Assembly (NCBI GenBank): GCA_963845755.1
Contig: CAWJTV010000034.1
Location: 160,001 to 224,000, forward strand
DNA: 64,000 nt
From: an uncultured Planctomycetota bacterium
GTDB taxonomy: Bacteria; Planctomycetota; Planctomycetia; Isosphaerales; Isosphaeraceae
Direction: 5' to 3'
Shown here: positions 45,107 to 58,000 of the stretch, in pieces
How positions within the stretch are numbered: the stretch's first letter is position 1
How the letters are laid out: every line of letters starts with the position of its first letter
Made by a program: the position numbers and the translations under genes
Notes under the pieces: generated by a model
Database searches by the model: none
What the model was told of the DNA's origin: nothing
Seen by the model: only the letters and a program-made list of their open reading frames with translations

Positions 45107-46906
45107 ATGATCGCGACAACCAAGACCACGGTCGATCGGGCCGAGATCAACCGCCGCAACGCCCAGAAGAGCACCGGGCCAAGGACCCCCGAGGGCAAGC
45201 AACGCTCCAAATTCAACGCCGTCAAGCACGGCATGACCGCCAAGACCGTCGTCTTGCCCGGCGAGGATCCCCAGAAGTTGCAGATCCGCCTCGAGACCTG
45301 GACGGACCAGCTCCAGCCCCAGAACGACATCGAGCAGTTCCTGCTGGAGCAGGCGGTACACTCCTCCTGGATGCTGGAGCGCGCCCAGCGGGCTGAGCTG
45401 GCGCGGCTGTCCCACCTCATCGCGTCGGTGCCGGAGTCCCAGTCCCTTCGGGACCACGAACAGGCCGTCGCCCTGGGCTTCTGGCTCTTCAGCGACCGCG
45501 GAATCTGCGCCGAAGCGGGCCTCCAGGACAACGTCCTCAACGTCCTGGGCACAGCCCCAACCTCGGCCAGGGGCCCCGGCCACCTGGACCTGCTCGACCA
45601 CCCCGAAGCCATCGTCTTCCGCCTGGGAACGACGCCGGCCGGCGCCCAGTGGATGCTCGACCGCTGGACCGAGCTCCGCAACCATCTGGAAACCGGCCAG
45701 GCCTGGTCGCTCGACCAGAAAAAGAAGGCCCTCCGCCTGCTGGGGAGACGGCCGCTGGGTCTGGACCCCTTCGCGCCAGGAGACCCCTTGCAATGGTATG
45801 GCGATGCCGCGGAGGGGACGGGGACCGATCGCGACGACCGGGAGTCGAAGGCCCGCTCCAGGCAACCGATCGGCCAGCGGATCCGTGAGCTGCTCAACAG
45901 CCCGGTTGACGGCGCGGAGGCCGAGCGACGGATCGACGCGCAACTGGACCGACGGCTGGTGGCCGGCGAAGCCGACACGATCGCCGTGCTGAAGAGTATC
46001 GCGGACCGGGCGATCGGCCGCCTCGAGGCCGTGGCCGCGGAGCATCGCCGGCTCGCCGACGCCGACGATCCGACCGCCCGGCAGTCCTTCGACGCCAGCA
46101 ACGAGGGCGAGCGCCTGCGCCGCTACCAGTCCTCGTGCAGCCGGCATCTGTTCCGCAACATCGATACCTTCCTCAAAATCCGCAAATCTGGCGTGGCGGT
46201 GCCCGATGGCGGAGAACCCTCCACCGCGGCGCCCGAGGTTCCCAGTCCCGTCCAGCCGCAGGCCGATCGCGAGAATCCGCGAAACGAACCCAGCGACCCG
46301 CCCGTTGACCGCGTGAGTCCCCAGGACGGCGCCACGGAGGACCATGACGATCCACGCGCCGAGATGATCGGACCGGCTGAAGCCGGAACTCCAACCGGGG
46401 ACTCCACCGGTTCGGAGCGGGATGTCCGCCTACAGGCAGTCTGCGAACAATGGTACGGTGAGAGTCCGCAAGCCGATCCCGCACCGGCGCGGGCTGCGGA
46501 GATCGATCATCTCCAACCGCCGTCGCTCCGCACCGTGATCGTGGCCCTGACGCTCGCGCTCGTCGTCCTGTCCGGCGCCAGCGCCGTGGCCCGCGCGCAT
46601 GGAAAACGCCAAAACGAACCCAGGGACCTGCCCGTCGAAATGAGGAATCGCCAATTCAAACCCACCGCCGCACCGCGCCAAGCGGCCCCTGTCCACGCCG
46701 ACACTCTTCATCTCGTTCCCAGGCTCCTGCGTGGGAATGCCGTCCTGGCCGCTCTGCGGCCCACGCGACGCGGAGCGTGGCTCCCGTACGTTCACGCAGA
46801 GCATGGGAACGAGGATTCCCCTGGCGGCAGCAAGATTCCGTGTCAGGTGGGTGCAACTCACCAATTCCCCGACCCTTCCGGTCCATCCGCGAAGTCCCGA
46901 AGATGA
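45107..46906 (+). CDS. Hypothetical protein with N-terminal NAxxSTGPRTxEGK..NAxKHG motif
   Basis: NRRNAQKSTGPRTPEGKQRSKFNAVKHGMTA; ERLRRYQ; recurring NEP motifs in a disordered tail. Confidence 0.75.
   Translation: MIATTKTTVDRAEINRRNAQKSTGPRTPEGKQRSKFNAVKHGMTAKTVVLPGEDPQKLQIRLETWTDQLQPQNDIEQFLLEQAVHSSWMLERAQRAELARLSHLIASVPESQSLRDHEQAVALGFWLFSDRGICAEAGLQDNVLNVLGTAPTSARGPGHLDLLDHPEAIVFRLGTTPAGAQWMLDRWTELRNHLETGQAWSLDQKKKALRLLGRRPLGLDPFAPGDPLQWYGDAAEGTGTDRDDRESKARSRQPIGQRIRELLNSPVDGAEAERRIDAQLDRRLVAGEADTIAVLKSIADRAIGRLEAVAAEHRRLADADDPTARQSFDASNEGERLRRYQSSCSRHLFRNIDTFLKIRKSGVAVPDGGEPSTAAPEVPSPVQPQADRENPRNEPSDPPVDRVSPQDGATEDHDDPRAEMIGPAEAGTPTGDSTGSERDVRLQAVCEQWYGESPQADPAPARAAEIDHLQPPSLRTVIVALTLALVVLSGASAVARAHGKRQNEPRDLPVEMRNRQFKPTAAPRQAAPVHADTLHLVPRLLRGNAVLAALRPTRRGAWLPYVHAEHGNEDSPGGSKIPCQVGATHQFPDPSGPSAKSRR
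46712..46813. repeat. REP doublet inside the 3' end of the gene
   Basis: CTCGTTCCCAGGCTCCTGCGTGGGAATG ... ACGCAGAGCATGGGAACGAG inverted pair. Confidence 0.65.
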
Positions 46907-47011
46907 GTGTTAGGTTGGGCCATGATGGGAGGTACATTCGATGAGCCCTCTTCGAGTCCGTAGGACATCCGTGCACGACCCGCGACGACAAGCGGCCAGG
47001 GAGTTGCCACG

Positions 47012-50000
47012 ATGACACCGTGTCCCAGCGACCACGACCTCCAGCACCTCCTGAACGAAGATCTCGTCGCGGCCGACGAGGCAAACGTCGTCGCCCACGT
47101 CGAATCGTGCCAGCGCTGTCAGGCGCGGCTCGAGAACCTGACGAGCAGCGACGCCCTGCGTGCGTCGTGGCTCGTGCCCCCGGACTCGCAGGTCCTCACG
47201 GAGCGAGACCGGCTGACGTACACCTGTCGTCTCGAAGTCCCCCCGGACTCCGGCGCTCGATCCAATCGGCCTGCGGACACCGAGCCGGACCTGACCGCGA
47301 ATCCCGCCCACGCCGCCAACGTCCCCACCCAGAGCGATCCGACGCCCATCGATCGGGAAGGCCCGGACCCTCTGGCCACGGCGGACAATCTGACCGGGAT
47401 CGCGACTGAGGCGCCCCCCACGGAAAGGACCGATCCCGACGCGAACGAGCCCGGCGCCGAGAGAGCCGATCTCAACACCGAGCGAACGTTAGCCCTGAGC
47501 GGTCCCACCCCCTCGCCCGCGCCGGTGCGACCGAACGGCCGCCACACGGGTGGGCCGACCATTCCTGGCTACGACATCCTCGGCAAGCTCGGCGAGGGGG
47601 GCATGGGCATCGTGTACAAGGCCCGCCAGCAGGGCCTGAATCGCCTGGTGGCCCTCAAGATGATCGTGGGCGGACAGCAGGCTCGGGTTGACCACCTCGC
47701 GCGATTCCGCATCGAGGCCGAGGCGGTCGCCCGGCTCCGGCACCCGAACATCTTGCAAATCTATGACATCGGCGAAGTTGACGACATGCCATTCGTATCG
47801 CTCGAGTTGCTCGAAGGCGGGGACCTCGACGATCGGCTGGCGGGCACGCCCCAGCCCGGACGGTCTGGAGCCCAGCTTATGGCCACATTGGCCCGGGCCG
47901 TCCACGCGGCCCATCAGGGCGGGATCATTCACCGCGACCTCAAGCCGTCCAATATCTTGTTCAACGACGAGGGGATCCCCAAGATCACCGACTTCGGCCT
48001 GGCCAAGCGGCTGGAATCGGACAGTCGGCAGACCGAGACCGGCCAGATCATGGGCACGCCCAGCTACATGGCACCGGAGCAGGCCCGCGGACATACCAGG
48101 GACGTCGGACCGGCCGCGGACACCTACGCGCTGGCGCGATCCTCTACCAGGTCCTGACCGGTCGTCCTCCGTTCATGGGCGAGACGCCGCTGGAGACCGT
48201 CCGCCAGGTTGTCTACGACGAACCGGTCTCTCCGTCGCGGCTGGTCCCGCGCGTACCGCGCGACCTGGAAACCATCTGCCTGAAATGCCTGCAAAAGGAA
48301 CCGAAGAAGCGATACGAAACCGCGCAGGCGCTTGCCGACGACCTGGATCGCTATCGGAGCGGCAACACGATCAAGGCGCGGCGGACCCCATGGCCGGAGC
48401 GTGCGGCCAAGTGGTCGAAACGGCGGCCCCTTACCGCCGGGGCGATCGTGGCCAGCCTCCTGGCCATGTCGGGCCTGATTGCCTGGGGCATCGCCATCGA
48501 GCGTGACCAGCGGCTTCAGAGGACCCGGCGGGATCAGCAGTTCGTCGTGGAGGAAGCCCGGGGCATGGCGCTCGCCGACCAGGCCGACCAGGCCCAGACG
48601 CGCGAAGCGTTGGAGCAAGTCGAGCGCGAGCTGGGGACATTCCATCCCGACGTCAAAACCGACCCTCGGCTCAAGCTGATTCTGGCCCACGTGGACCAGA
48701 GGAAGGAGCAGGTCACCGAACGGCTGCACAACTGGAACACCCAGGAGGCGGTACGTCTTCAGTTTCAGAAGTTCCTGGACCGACGCCAGGAGGCCCAGTG
48801 GTACGCCGTCGGGTTCGAGGGGCTGAATCCGGCGGACCGCCTCGAGAAGCTCCATGCGGTGGCCGTCTCCGCGCTCCGCGACTACACCACGGAACCCGGC
48901 GCCGGCGACCCGACCGAGGCAGTACTGAAACCGCTGCCCCGTGCCCTGTCCGAGGCCGAACAAGCGCGGGTCCGCGACGGTTGCTACGACCTGCTCTTGC
49001 TCCTGACACAAGCAGCCGCGCCGGCCGAGGGCCTGAGGATCCTCGACCGGGCGGCCCGGCTTCGCCCGCAACCGACGGCCGCGTACCACCTCCGCCGCGC
49101 CGAGTGCCTCGAGCGCGCCGGCGACGACGCCGGCCACGACCTCGAAGTCAAATCCGCCCGGCAACTCCAGCCTTCGACGGCGCTCGATTACTTCCTCAAC
49201 GGCCGCGAGCTGGTCGTCCGTCGCGAGTTCGCCGAGGCCATCCGTTCCCTCGACCGGGCCGTTCAGCTCGATCCCGATCAGACCTCCGCCCATCTGTTGC
49301 TGGCCGTCTGCGACCTCGCCATGCAACCCAAGCGATCGCGAGAGGCGATCAGCAGCCTCAGCACGTGCATCCGCGTCAATCCCGGCGTGGCCGGCCTCTA
49401 CCTCATGCGCGCTTCGGCCTTCGGCGAGGAGGGCAACCAGGCCCAGGCCGCGATCGTCGCGGGGCGAACGAGTGACCCGGAAGTCGCGCGTCGGAAACAA
49501 GAGGCGCACGAAGCCTTCGAGGCCGCGGAGGCCGACTTCTCCCGGGCCCTCAAGTTGGAGCCAGGGGCGGATCTCCGGTACGGACTCTTGACCCAGAGGG
49601 CCCTGCTCCGCTTGCGGGCGGACCGCCTCGCGGAGGCGACCGCCGACCTCGATCTGGCGATCCAGGTCCAGCCGAATGCCTATCAGGCTCACACCACGAT
49701 GGCCCAGGTCCTCCAGCGCCAGGAGCGGCTCGCCGATGCCGATACGTCGTTCGGCCGGGCGATCGCCTGTCATCCGGAACCCCCCGTGCTGGCCGGGCTC
49801 TACCGCAGCCGCGCCTTGCTGCGCGCGTCGCGGCCCGGGATCACACCGGCCCAGCAGGACGCGGCACTCCAGGACCTGGCCGAGGCCATCCGCCGGGAGC
49901 CGGACGGTGTCCTGAAGGCCGCCGACCACGTCTCGCGGGCCCGGCTGTTCTTCCGGGCGCACCGCGCGGCCGAGGCGCTCGCCGACTGCGACGCCGCGAT

Positions 50001-50955
50001 CGCCCTGGTCCCCCATGATCCGGATGCGCACCGCGTGCGGATCGCGACCCTGATGGAATTGAAGCGGTACGACGCGGTGCTCGCCTCGGCCGACGCCTAC
50101 CTCGCCCGCGGCAAGCCGATCGTCGAGATCCTCGAGATCCGCGGCCTGGCCCGGGTGGCGCGAAAGGACTACGCGGGCGCGATCGCCGACTTCAATCGGG
50201 CCCTCGATCAGAAGCCCGCGACCGAGCCAGCCCAGCGGGGCCGGCTGTTGAACCGGCGGGGCTGGGCTTACCAGTATTCCGACGCACCCCGATTGGCCCG
50301 GTCCGACTTCGAGGAATCGCTCCGCCTGGAACCGAACCAGTCCGACGCCTACAGCGGACGGGGCCTGGCTCGGATCCGGCTCGGCGATTGGCGTCCCGCG
50401 GTCGCCGACGCCGAGGCCGCGATCCGCCGGTCTCGCGAGGCCGGCGCCGATTCGACGAGTGAGGACGCGGCAGCGGCCCAGGTCCAGGCCCTCTTCAACG
50501 CCGCGCGGATCTACGCCCAGGCCGTCGAGTTCGCGGCCCGGGACGTCAGCCGGGAAGGTGAACGGGCGGTATCATTCTATCGCCGCTATCGCACCCGCGC
50601 CCTGGATCTGCTCGATGAGGCCCTCAAGCAGGAACCCGATCCGGCGCGCCGGACAGAGATCCTCAACGACCCCGCCTTGCGACCGCTCCGGCTGCGAACC
50701 ACCCCGAGACCGGCCGCCCGCGGGAACATCAAAGTAGGTCAGGCTTTCCAGCCTGACGCCGCGTTGGGCGCGGGTCTCCTGACCCAGCCCTTGGCCATCA
50801 AAGTAGGTCAGGCTTTCCAGCCTGACGCCGCGTTGGGCGCGGGTCTCCTGACCCCGCCTTGGCCGGACGAAGGTCTCCCGCACGCCTCCAAACGGTTGGT
50901 GGAGACCTTCGGTCGGCCCGGTGGCGGAATTCGAGTGTGCACAAGCCAACTGTGA
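47012..50955 (+). CDS. Hanks-type Ser/Thr kinase with N-terminal HxxxCxxC zinc finger, one TM and TPR array (frameshift ~48135)
   Basis: HVESCQRC; LGEGGMGIVY, VALKM, HRDLKPSN, DFGLAK, GTPSYMAPE, DLETICLKCL; TM AIVASLLAMSGLIAWGI; many TPR-like units. Confidence 0.92.
50727..50930. repeat. 69-nt tandem duplication of REP-like sequences at the kinase 3' end
   Basis: CATCAAAGTAGGTCAGGCTTTCCAGCCTGACGCCGCGTTGGGCGCGGGTCTCCTGACCC at 50727 and 50796, then CGAAGGTCTCC...GGAGACCTTCG stem. Confidence 0.85.
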
Positions 50956-51041
50956 GGCGCTCTAGGGCACCCGGAGGCGGAATCGTGAACGGCGATCGCA
51001 CGAGTCAATGTGATGAAACGATGGGGATGAGCCACCCACGC

Positions 51042-51782
51042 TCACGTCAAGCGGAAGATCCGGCAGGTCTCGTCGTAACTCGCTTCCAGCTCCAGCGGCA
51101 CGGCGAACTCATCGGACAGCCACAGGGGCAATGTCGGCAGCGGCTGGCCGAGGGCGAGGGGATGCATCCAGGACTCGAAATGCCAGGCCTCGTCCAGGCG
51201 CTTCCAGCGGCAGGCGGCGGCATACAGCGGCGGTGGCTCCGGCGCCAGTGCGGGGTCCGCCTGGCCGATCAGCTCCAGCAGGTCGCCGTACAGGTTGAAC
51301 TGCCGGGTCGTGACCAGGTTGACGATCGCGACAGAGACCCGCTGCTGGAGCAGGGCCGCGCACTTGGTCACGAACGCGCGGCGGTTCTCGGGCCGGTCCT
51401 TGTTGGCGGGGCTGACGATCTCGACGGCCGCGACGAGGCGGCGGTCCCGCCACGCGTCGAAGACTCGAACCTCGTAGGCGTACTGGTCCGGCAGGTCCGC
51501 GGCGACGGCGAAGGTCGGCCGTGGCGGCGCCCACACCGCGGTCGCGACGCCGCCCTCACCCTCATCCGCGCCCACGGCCGCGACGTCGGTGGGTTCGTCC
51601 TGGTCGTAGGCGGAGACGTCGATCTCCATGGAGGCCCCGAGGTGGACGCGCGGCTCGGCGAGGTAGCGCGGCGGGAGCTTCCGGTTCAGCGCCTTCACGA
51701 TCTCGGACGGCCACGAGCCGTGAAAGCCCTCCCACGAGGTCTTCTTATCAAGCGGCGGGCGAAAATGGTCGCGCAGCGGCAT
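51042..51782 (-). CDS. DUF4058 family protein (Uma2-like nuclease fold)
   Basis: MPLRDHFRPPL..WEGFH, RLVAAVEIVSPANKDRPE, LPTLPLWL..LELEASYDETC. Confidence 0.85.
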   Translation of the reverse strand: MPLRDHFRPPLDKKTSWEGFHGSWPSEIVKALNRKLPPRYLAEPRVHLGASMEIDVSAYDQDEPTDVAAVGADEGEGGVATAVWAPPRPTFAVAADLPDQYAYEVRVFDAWRDRRLVAAVEIVSPANKDRPENRRAFVTKCAALLQQRVSVAIVNLVTTRQFNLYGDLLELIGQADPALAPEPPPLYAAACRWKRLDEAWHFESWMHPLALGQPLPTLPLWLSDEFAVPLELEASYDETCRIFRLT

Positions 51783-51865
51783 GGCACAGTCCTCCGTTGC
51801 CGTCATTGTATCCGCGGACTCTCGCGCCCTGCCAGCCCGGCGCCTTGCGGTCGGCTGGGCGAGGC

Positions 51866-52005
51866 TGGAGCGCGTAACGATTGCGTAGCGAACACCCCGG
51901 GGTCGATGCGAATTCACCCCCGGTATTCCCGTTACGAAGGGGGCGACGAAAACGCTAGCCCGAGCGCGGGCTCTTGGTCTCCTCCTTGGTAAGGGGGGAC
52001 GAAAA
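51866..52005 (+). mobile_element. Truncated, diverged copy of the 42.3-kb MITE
   Basis: TGGAGCGCGTAACGATTGCGTAGCGAACACCCCGGGG matches the left end at 42272; followed by CC-TTGGTAA-GGGGGG-type hairpins; no right TIR seen. Confidence 0.55.
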
Positions 52006-52052
52006 AACCTCCGATCTCGACCGCGTTCTCACCCCTCGTCTGGACCGTGACC

Positions 52053-55000
52053 ATGACCACCATCCTGAAGGCGCCACGACCGCGCAACCACCGACAGCGA
52101 GCCGGATCGCCCCTTGCCGAGCTGGCGCCGATGGAGACCGCGCCTGGAGTGGATGGAGGACCGCACGCTGCTGTCGGCGATCACCGTCACGAACACGCTC
52201 GATGACGGCAGCGTCGGCAGCCTGCGCTGGGCGGTCGAACAGGCCAATGCCGGCGGGGGAGCTGAGACGATCAACTTCGACCCCTCCCTGTTCAACACTC
52301 CCCAGACGATCACCCTGTCGTCCGGCCAGCTCGAGCTGAGCGACACGACCGGGACCGAGACGATCACCGGCCCGGCGGCGGGCTTGACGATCAGCGGCGG
52401 CCGACGAAGCCGGGTCTTCCTGGTGGACAACGGCGTCACGGCGTCGATCTCGGGGGTGATCATCACAGCCGGCAGCGGCTACAGCGGCGGCAGCGGCGAC
52501 GGCGACGGCGAAGGACCCACTGGCGGCGGCCTGGAGAACTACGGCACAACCACGCTGACCAATTGCACCATCACTGGCAACTACTCCATTGGCGGCGGCG
52601 GCTTGAACAACCTCGGCACAGCGACGCTGAACGGTTGCACGATCAGCAACAACGCCGCCGGCAGCGTCCTCGGCGTCGGCGGCGACGGCGGCGGGCTGCG
52701 GACCTTCGGCGGCACGCTCACGCTGACCAACTGCACCGTCAGCGGCAACCACGCCAGCAAGAACGGTGGCGGCCTCTACCTCAACAACCTCACCACCGGT
52801 GGCACGACCACGCTGACCAACTGCACCCTCAGCGGCAACTCCGCCTGGGTCCGGAGGCGGCGTGGACAACGAAAGTGGGACGGCGACCTTCGGCAACACG
52901 ATCGTGGCGGAGAACACGGCCACCACCGGGCCCGATGCGTACGGAGCCTTGACTTCCCGGGGGAACAACCTGATCGGCCAGACCGACGGCAGCTCCGGCT
53001 GGGTCGGCTCCGACCGGACCGGCATCAGCGCCGCGCCGCTCGACGCCCTGCTGGCACCGCTGGGCCACTACGGCGGCCCGACCCAGACCTTCGCCCTGCT
53101 GCCGGGCAGCCCGGCCCTCGACGCGGGCAACAACGCCCTCATCCCCGCCGGCGTCACCACCGACCAGCGCGGGCTCCCCCGCATCGTCAACGGCCATGTC
53201 AACATCGGCGCCTTCGAGTCGAGTGGGTTCACCCTCGCCTACAGCTCGGGGAGCGGCCAGACAGCCGGTGCGTTCGCCCCGCTGGTCGTGACGGTCGCCG
53301 CCCACAACCCGATCGAGCCCGTGGCGGGGGGCCTGGTCACATTCACCCCGCTGGGGAGCGGAGGAACGTCGGCGGCACTGACGGGCAGCCCGGCGACCAT
53401 CAGCGCCGGCGGCACGGCCAGCGTCACGGCCACGAGCAACGGTGTCGCCGGCAGCGACACCGTCTCGGCCACGGCCAGCGGCGCTCGGGCGCGGCCTCGT
53501 TCCGCCTGACGAACGTCGCGCTGGTGTCGATCGCGGTCTCCCCCGCCGACCCCGAGCTGCCCTTGGGCTTGTGGGAGCCGTTCACCGCCACGGGCACCTA
53601 TGCCGACGGCTCGACTGCGGACATCACCCGGTTGGTGACCTGGGCGTCGGCGACGCCGTCGGTGGCCACGATCAGCGGCACCGGTGCGGCCTCGGCCCTG
53701 GCCCTGGGGACCGGCGCGATCACCGCGTCACTGGCGGGCGTCACCAGCCCCGCCGACACCTTGACCGTGATTGCCCCCACCTCCTTCGTGGTGAGCAACA
53801 CCGGCGACAGCGGCCCGGGCTCGCTCCGCCAGGCGATCCTCGATTCCAACGCCGCGACCGGATCGACCAACACCATCGACTTCAACATCTCCGGTCCCGG
53901 CGTGCCGACGATCGCGCCTCTGAGCCCCCTGCCCACGATCACCAATCCCGTGCGGATCGATGGCGAATCCCAACCCGGCTATTCGGGCACGCCCTTGATC
54001 GAGCTCAACGGCAGCCAGGCCGGCAGCGGCGACGGGCTCCTGATCACGGCGCCGAACGTCACCGTCCGCGGCCTGGACATCAATGATTTCAGCCAGGGAG
54101 CCGGCATCCACCTCACGGGCACCGGCGCCACGGGCGATTGGATCGATGGCAACTTCCTGGGGACCGATCCGATCGGCACGCTGGCCGTGCCCAACGAATA
54201 CGGCGTCGAAATCGACGGGGGGGCCAGCGGCAACCTCATCGGAAGCAAAGGCGACGGCATCAACGACGCGGCCGAGCGGAACCTGATCTCAGGCAATCGG
54301 AACGGTGGCGTCTGGATCGACGGCCAGGGCACGGATGGCAATGCCGTCGCGGGCAACTTCATCGGCACGAGTGTCACCGGGGATGTTGCCCTGAACAACG
54401 GGACCGTTTCCTACTTCTTCGGGAACCCTATCCAGGGCGGAGTCGTGATCGATGGAGGCGCCTCCGGCAACCGGATCGGGACCGATGGTAACAGCGTCCA
54501 TGACGTCGGTCAGCGGAACGTCATCGAGGGGGGCAATGCCCTATTAGCGAATGGATCGATGGTGTCGCCATCTCCGGCACCGGCACGGACGGCAACGTGG
54601 TCGCGGGCAATTTCATCGGGACCGACGCGACCGGGACGATTGCCCTGGCCATCCCTGGTTGCCCGAGCGACGGTGTTTCCATCGAGGCAGGCGCGTCAGG
54701 CAACTGGGTCGGGGTCAACCCCACTGGCGGAACGGCTGTTGCCGACGAGGGGAACGTGATCTCCGGCAACTTCGCCGGGTATCAGACCGTCGGCGGGTTC
54801 GGTGTCGAGATCTCCGGGTCGAATGGCAACGTCGTCGCCGGGAATCAGATCGGCACCGACCTCACGGGGACCCTGGCACTCGGCAACCTGTCGGGCGGCG
54901 TCCTGATCGACCAGGGCGCGTCCAGCAATACGATCGGTGGAATTGCTGCTGATGCGGGCAACCTCATCACCAACAACGGCGGGCCGGGGGTCGAGGTCGG

Positions 55001-58000
55001 CTTCAACGCAGGCGACCTCTGCATCGGCGACCAGATCACGGCCAACCGCATCTTCGGCAACACCGGGCCGGCCATCGACCTCGGCGAGACGGAGTGACTG
55101 ACAATGGCACCTCGCCGCGCGCAGGGACCCAACAACCTCCAGAACTTCCCGATCTTCGTCCTGACCGCCGACGGCCAGACCGAGGGTTGGCTGGCCGGCA
55201 GCACGCCCGACACGACCTTTCGCATCGATTTCTTCGCCAGCGCCGCCTACGGACCGGGAGGCTCGGGCGAGGCCGCAGGACGACCTGGGCTCGCTGGAGG
55301 TGACGACCAACGCGAGCGGGCAAGTGAGTTTCGCCGTCCCGTTCACCGCGCCGGCCGGGCTGCCCATCATCACGGCCACGGCCACCGATCCCCAGGGCAA
55401 CACCTCGGAATCACGGCCCTTCGTCCGGGCACTTTGCAGGCACCGTCTCTGAGCGTTCGCGCGGTGGCCAACCAGTCGCTCGCTTTCGCGACCCAGTCGG
55501 GCGACGGGATCGCGATCGAGGATCCCGAGGCCGGGCCGGTCAACCCGGTTTGGGGCCTGACGCTTTCGGTCTCCGACGGGACGCTGACCTTGTCGAGTAC
55601 CGCCGGCCTGACCGGCTCGGGCGATGGGACCGGATCGCTGTCGTACAGCGGTCCGCTGGCGGCGCTGAACGCGGCGCTCGAGGGCCTGATCTTCCACCCG
55701 CCGGCGGGAGCGCACGTCTTCGCCACGCTCGCCGTCGGTGCCCAGTCCTTCGGCGCGCCGCCACTCCCGACGGAGCAATTCCTGATCACGGACGGCGTCT
55801 TCGTGGTCGACACGACGGCCGACAGCGGCCCGGGCTCGCTCCGCCAGGCGATCCTGGACGCCAATCGTCGTGACTGGCCTGACGGTTACGATCGATTTCG
55901 CCATCCCCGGCGCCGGGGTGCAGACCATCGCACCCCTCACCCCCCTGCCTGCGATCACGGCCTCCGTGCTGATCGACGGTACGACTCAGCCGGGCTTTGC
56001 CGGCACGCCGCTGATCGCGGTGAGCGCCGCGCCGGCGGGTGGCCCCGCCGGCCTGACCCTCGCGGGCTCCGACGTCACCGTTCGCGGCCTGGCGGTCGAT
56101 CAGTTCGCCGTCGTCGCGACCACCGATCTGGTCCTGGTCGCCCAGGTCCAACCCCGGGCCTCACGACCCAACTGTCGCTGCTCGACTCGCAAGGCCAGGT
56201 CCTCGTCCAGAGCGATGGCGTCTCGTCCAGCGATCCGGAGGACCTGATCGCCCAGCAACTCGGGAGTGGGTCCTACATCCTGAAGGTCGCAGCACCGGCG
56301 GCGCGGGCACCTACACCTTGACGACGACGGTGGCGCCCACCACCGCCGCTTTCAGCCTCTGCCGGTCGGGAACCACCGGACGCCATCGTGGCGGGCGACT
56401 TCACCGGCAACGGCAGGCTCGACCTGGCCGTCGCTAACGCAGTGGACAACACGGTGTCGGTGCTGCTGGGCAACGGCGACGGGACGTTCCAGCCCCAGGT
56501 CACCTACGCGGTCGGGTCGGACCCGGTCGCGATCGTGGCGGGTGACTTCACCGGCGATGGGCACCTCGACCTGGCCGTCGCCAACCGACGCGGCTGGCAC
56601 CGTCTCGGTCCTGCTGGGCAACGGCGACGGCACGTTCCAGCCGCCAGGTCACGTACGCGGTCGGGTCGATCCCCGACTGCGATCGTGGCGGGCGACTTCA
56701 CCGGCGAATGGCCGACCTCGACCTGGCCGTCACTGCTCCAACCCGGCATCGGCGACCGAAGTCTCGGTGCTGCTGGGCAACGGTGACGGCACGTTCCAGC
56801 CCCCGGTCACTTACGCGGTCGGGACGGGCCCTGACGCCATCGTGGCGGGGGACTTCACCGGCGACGGCCACTCGACCTGGCCGTCGCCAACTCAGGGGAC
56901 AACACCGTCTCGGTGCTGCTGGGCAACGGTGACGGCACGTTCCAGCCCCAGGTCACCTACGCGGTCGGGACGATCCCGACTGCGATCGTGGCGGGTGACT
57001 TCAACGGCGACGGCCACCTCGACCTGGCCGTCGCCAACCGGCAACGCAGCGATACGGTATCGGTGCTGCTGGGCAACGGTGACGGGACGTTCCAGCCCCA
57101 GGTCACCTACGCGGTCGGGAGCGGACCCAGCCGCGATCGTGGCGGGTGACTTCACCGGCGACGGCCACCTCGACCTGGCCGTCGCCAACTGGCGGCCACG
57201 GCACGTGTCGGTGCTGCTGGGCAACGGCGACGGCACGTTCCAGCCCCAGGTCACCTACGCGTCCGGGTGGACCGAGCCTGTCGCGATCGTGGCGGGTGAC
57301 TTCACCGGCGACGGCCACCTCGACCTGGCCGTCACGAATAGCGAACCGGACTTCAGCGACGTGCCATCCTGCTGGGCAACGGCGACGGCACGTTCCAACC
57401 ACAGCCCGAACGGCGAACGCGGTCGGGGCGGCCCCGACCGCCATCGCGGCGGGGGACTTCACCGGCGACGGCCGGACTCGACCTGGCCGTCGCCAACTCG
57501 ACTCGGACGACACACGTGTCGGTGCTGCTGGGCAACGGCGACGGGACGTTCCAGCCCCCGGTCACCTACGCGGTCGGGACGAGCCCGGACGCGATCGTGG
57601 CGGGTGACTTCAACGGCGACGGCCGGCTCGACCTGGCCGTCGCCAACTACGCTGACGAGTTCGGCACGGCACGTGTCGGTGCTGCTGGGCAACGGCGACG
57701 GCACGTTCCAGCCCCAGGTCACCTACGCGGTCGGGCATGGACCCGACAGCGATCGTGGCGGGTGACTTCACCGGCAACGGCCACCTCGACCTGGCCGTCG
57801 CCAACGAACTGCGACGGCACGGTGTCGGTGCTGCTGGGCAACGGCGACGGCACGTTCCAGCCCCAGGTCACCTACGCGGTCGGGTCGGGGCCTGCCGCGC
57901 ATCGTGGCGGGGGACTTCACCGGCGACGGGCGGACTCGACCTGGCCGTCGTCAACGGACGTCGGCATGGCACTCAGATCCTGCATGGGCAACGGCGACGG

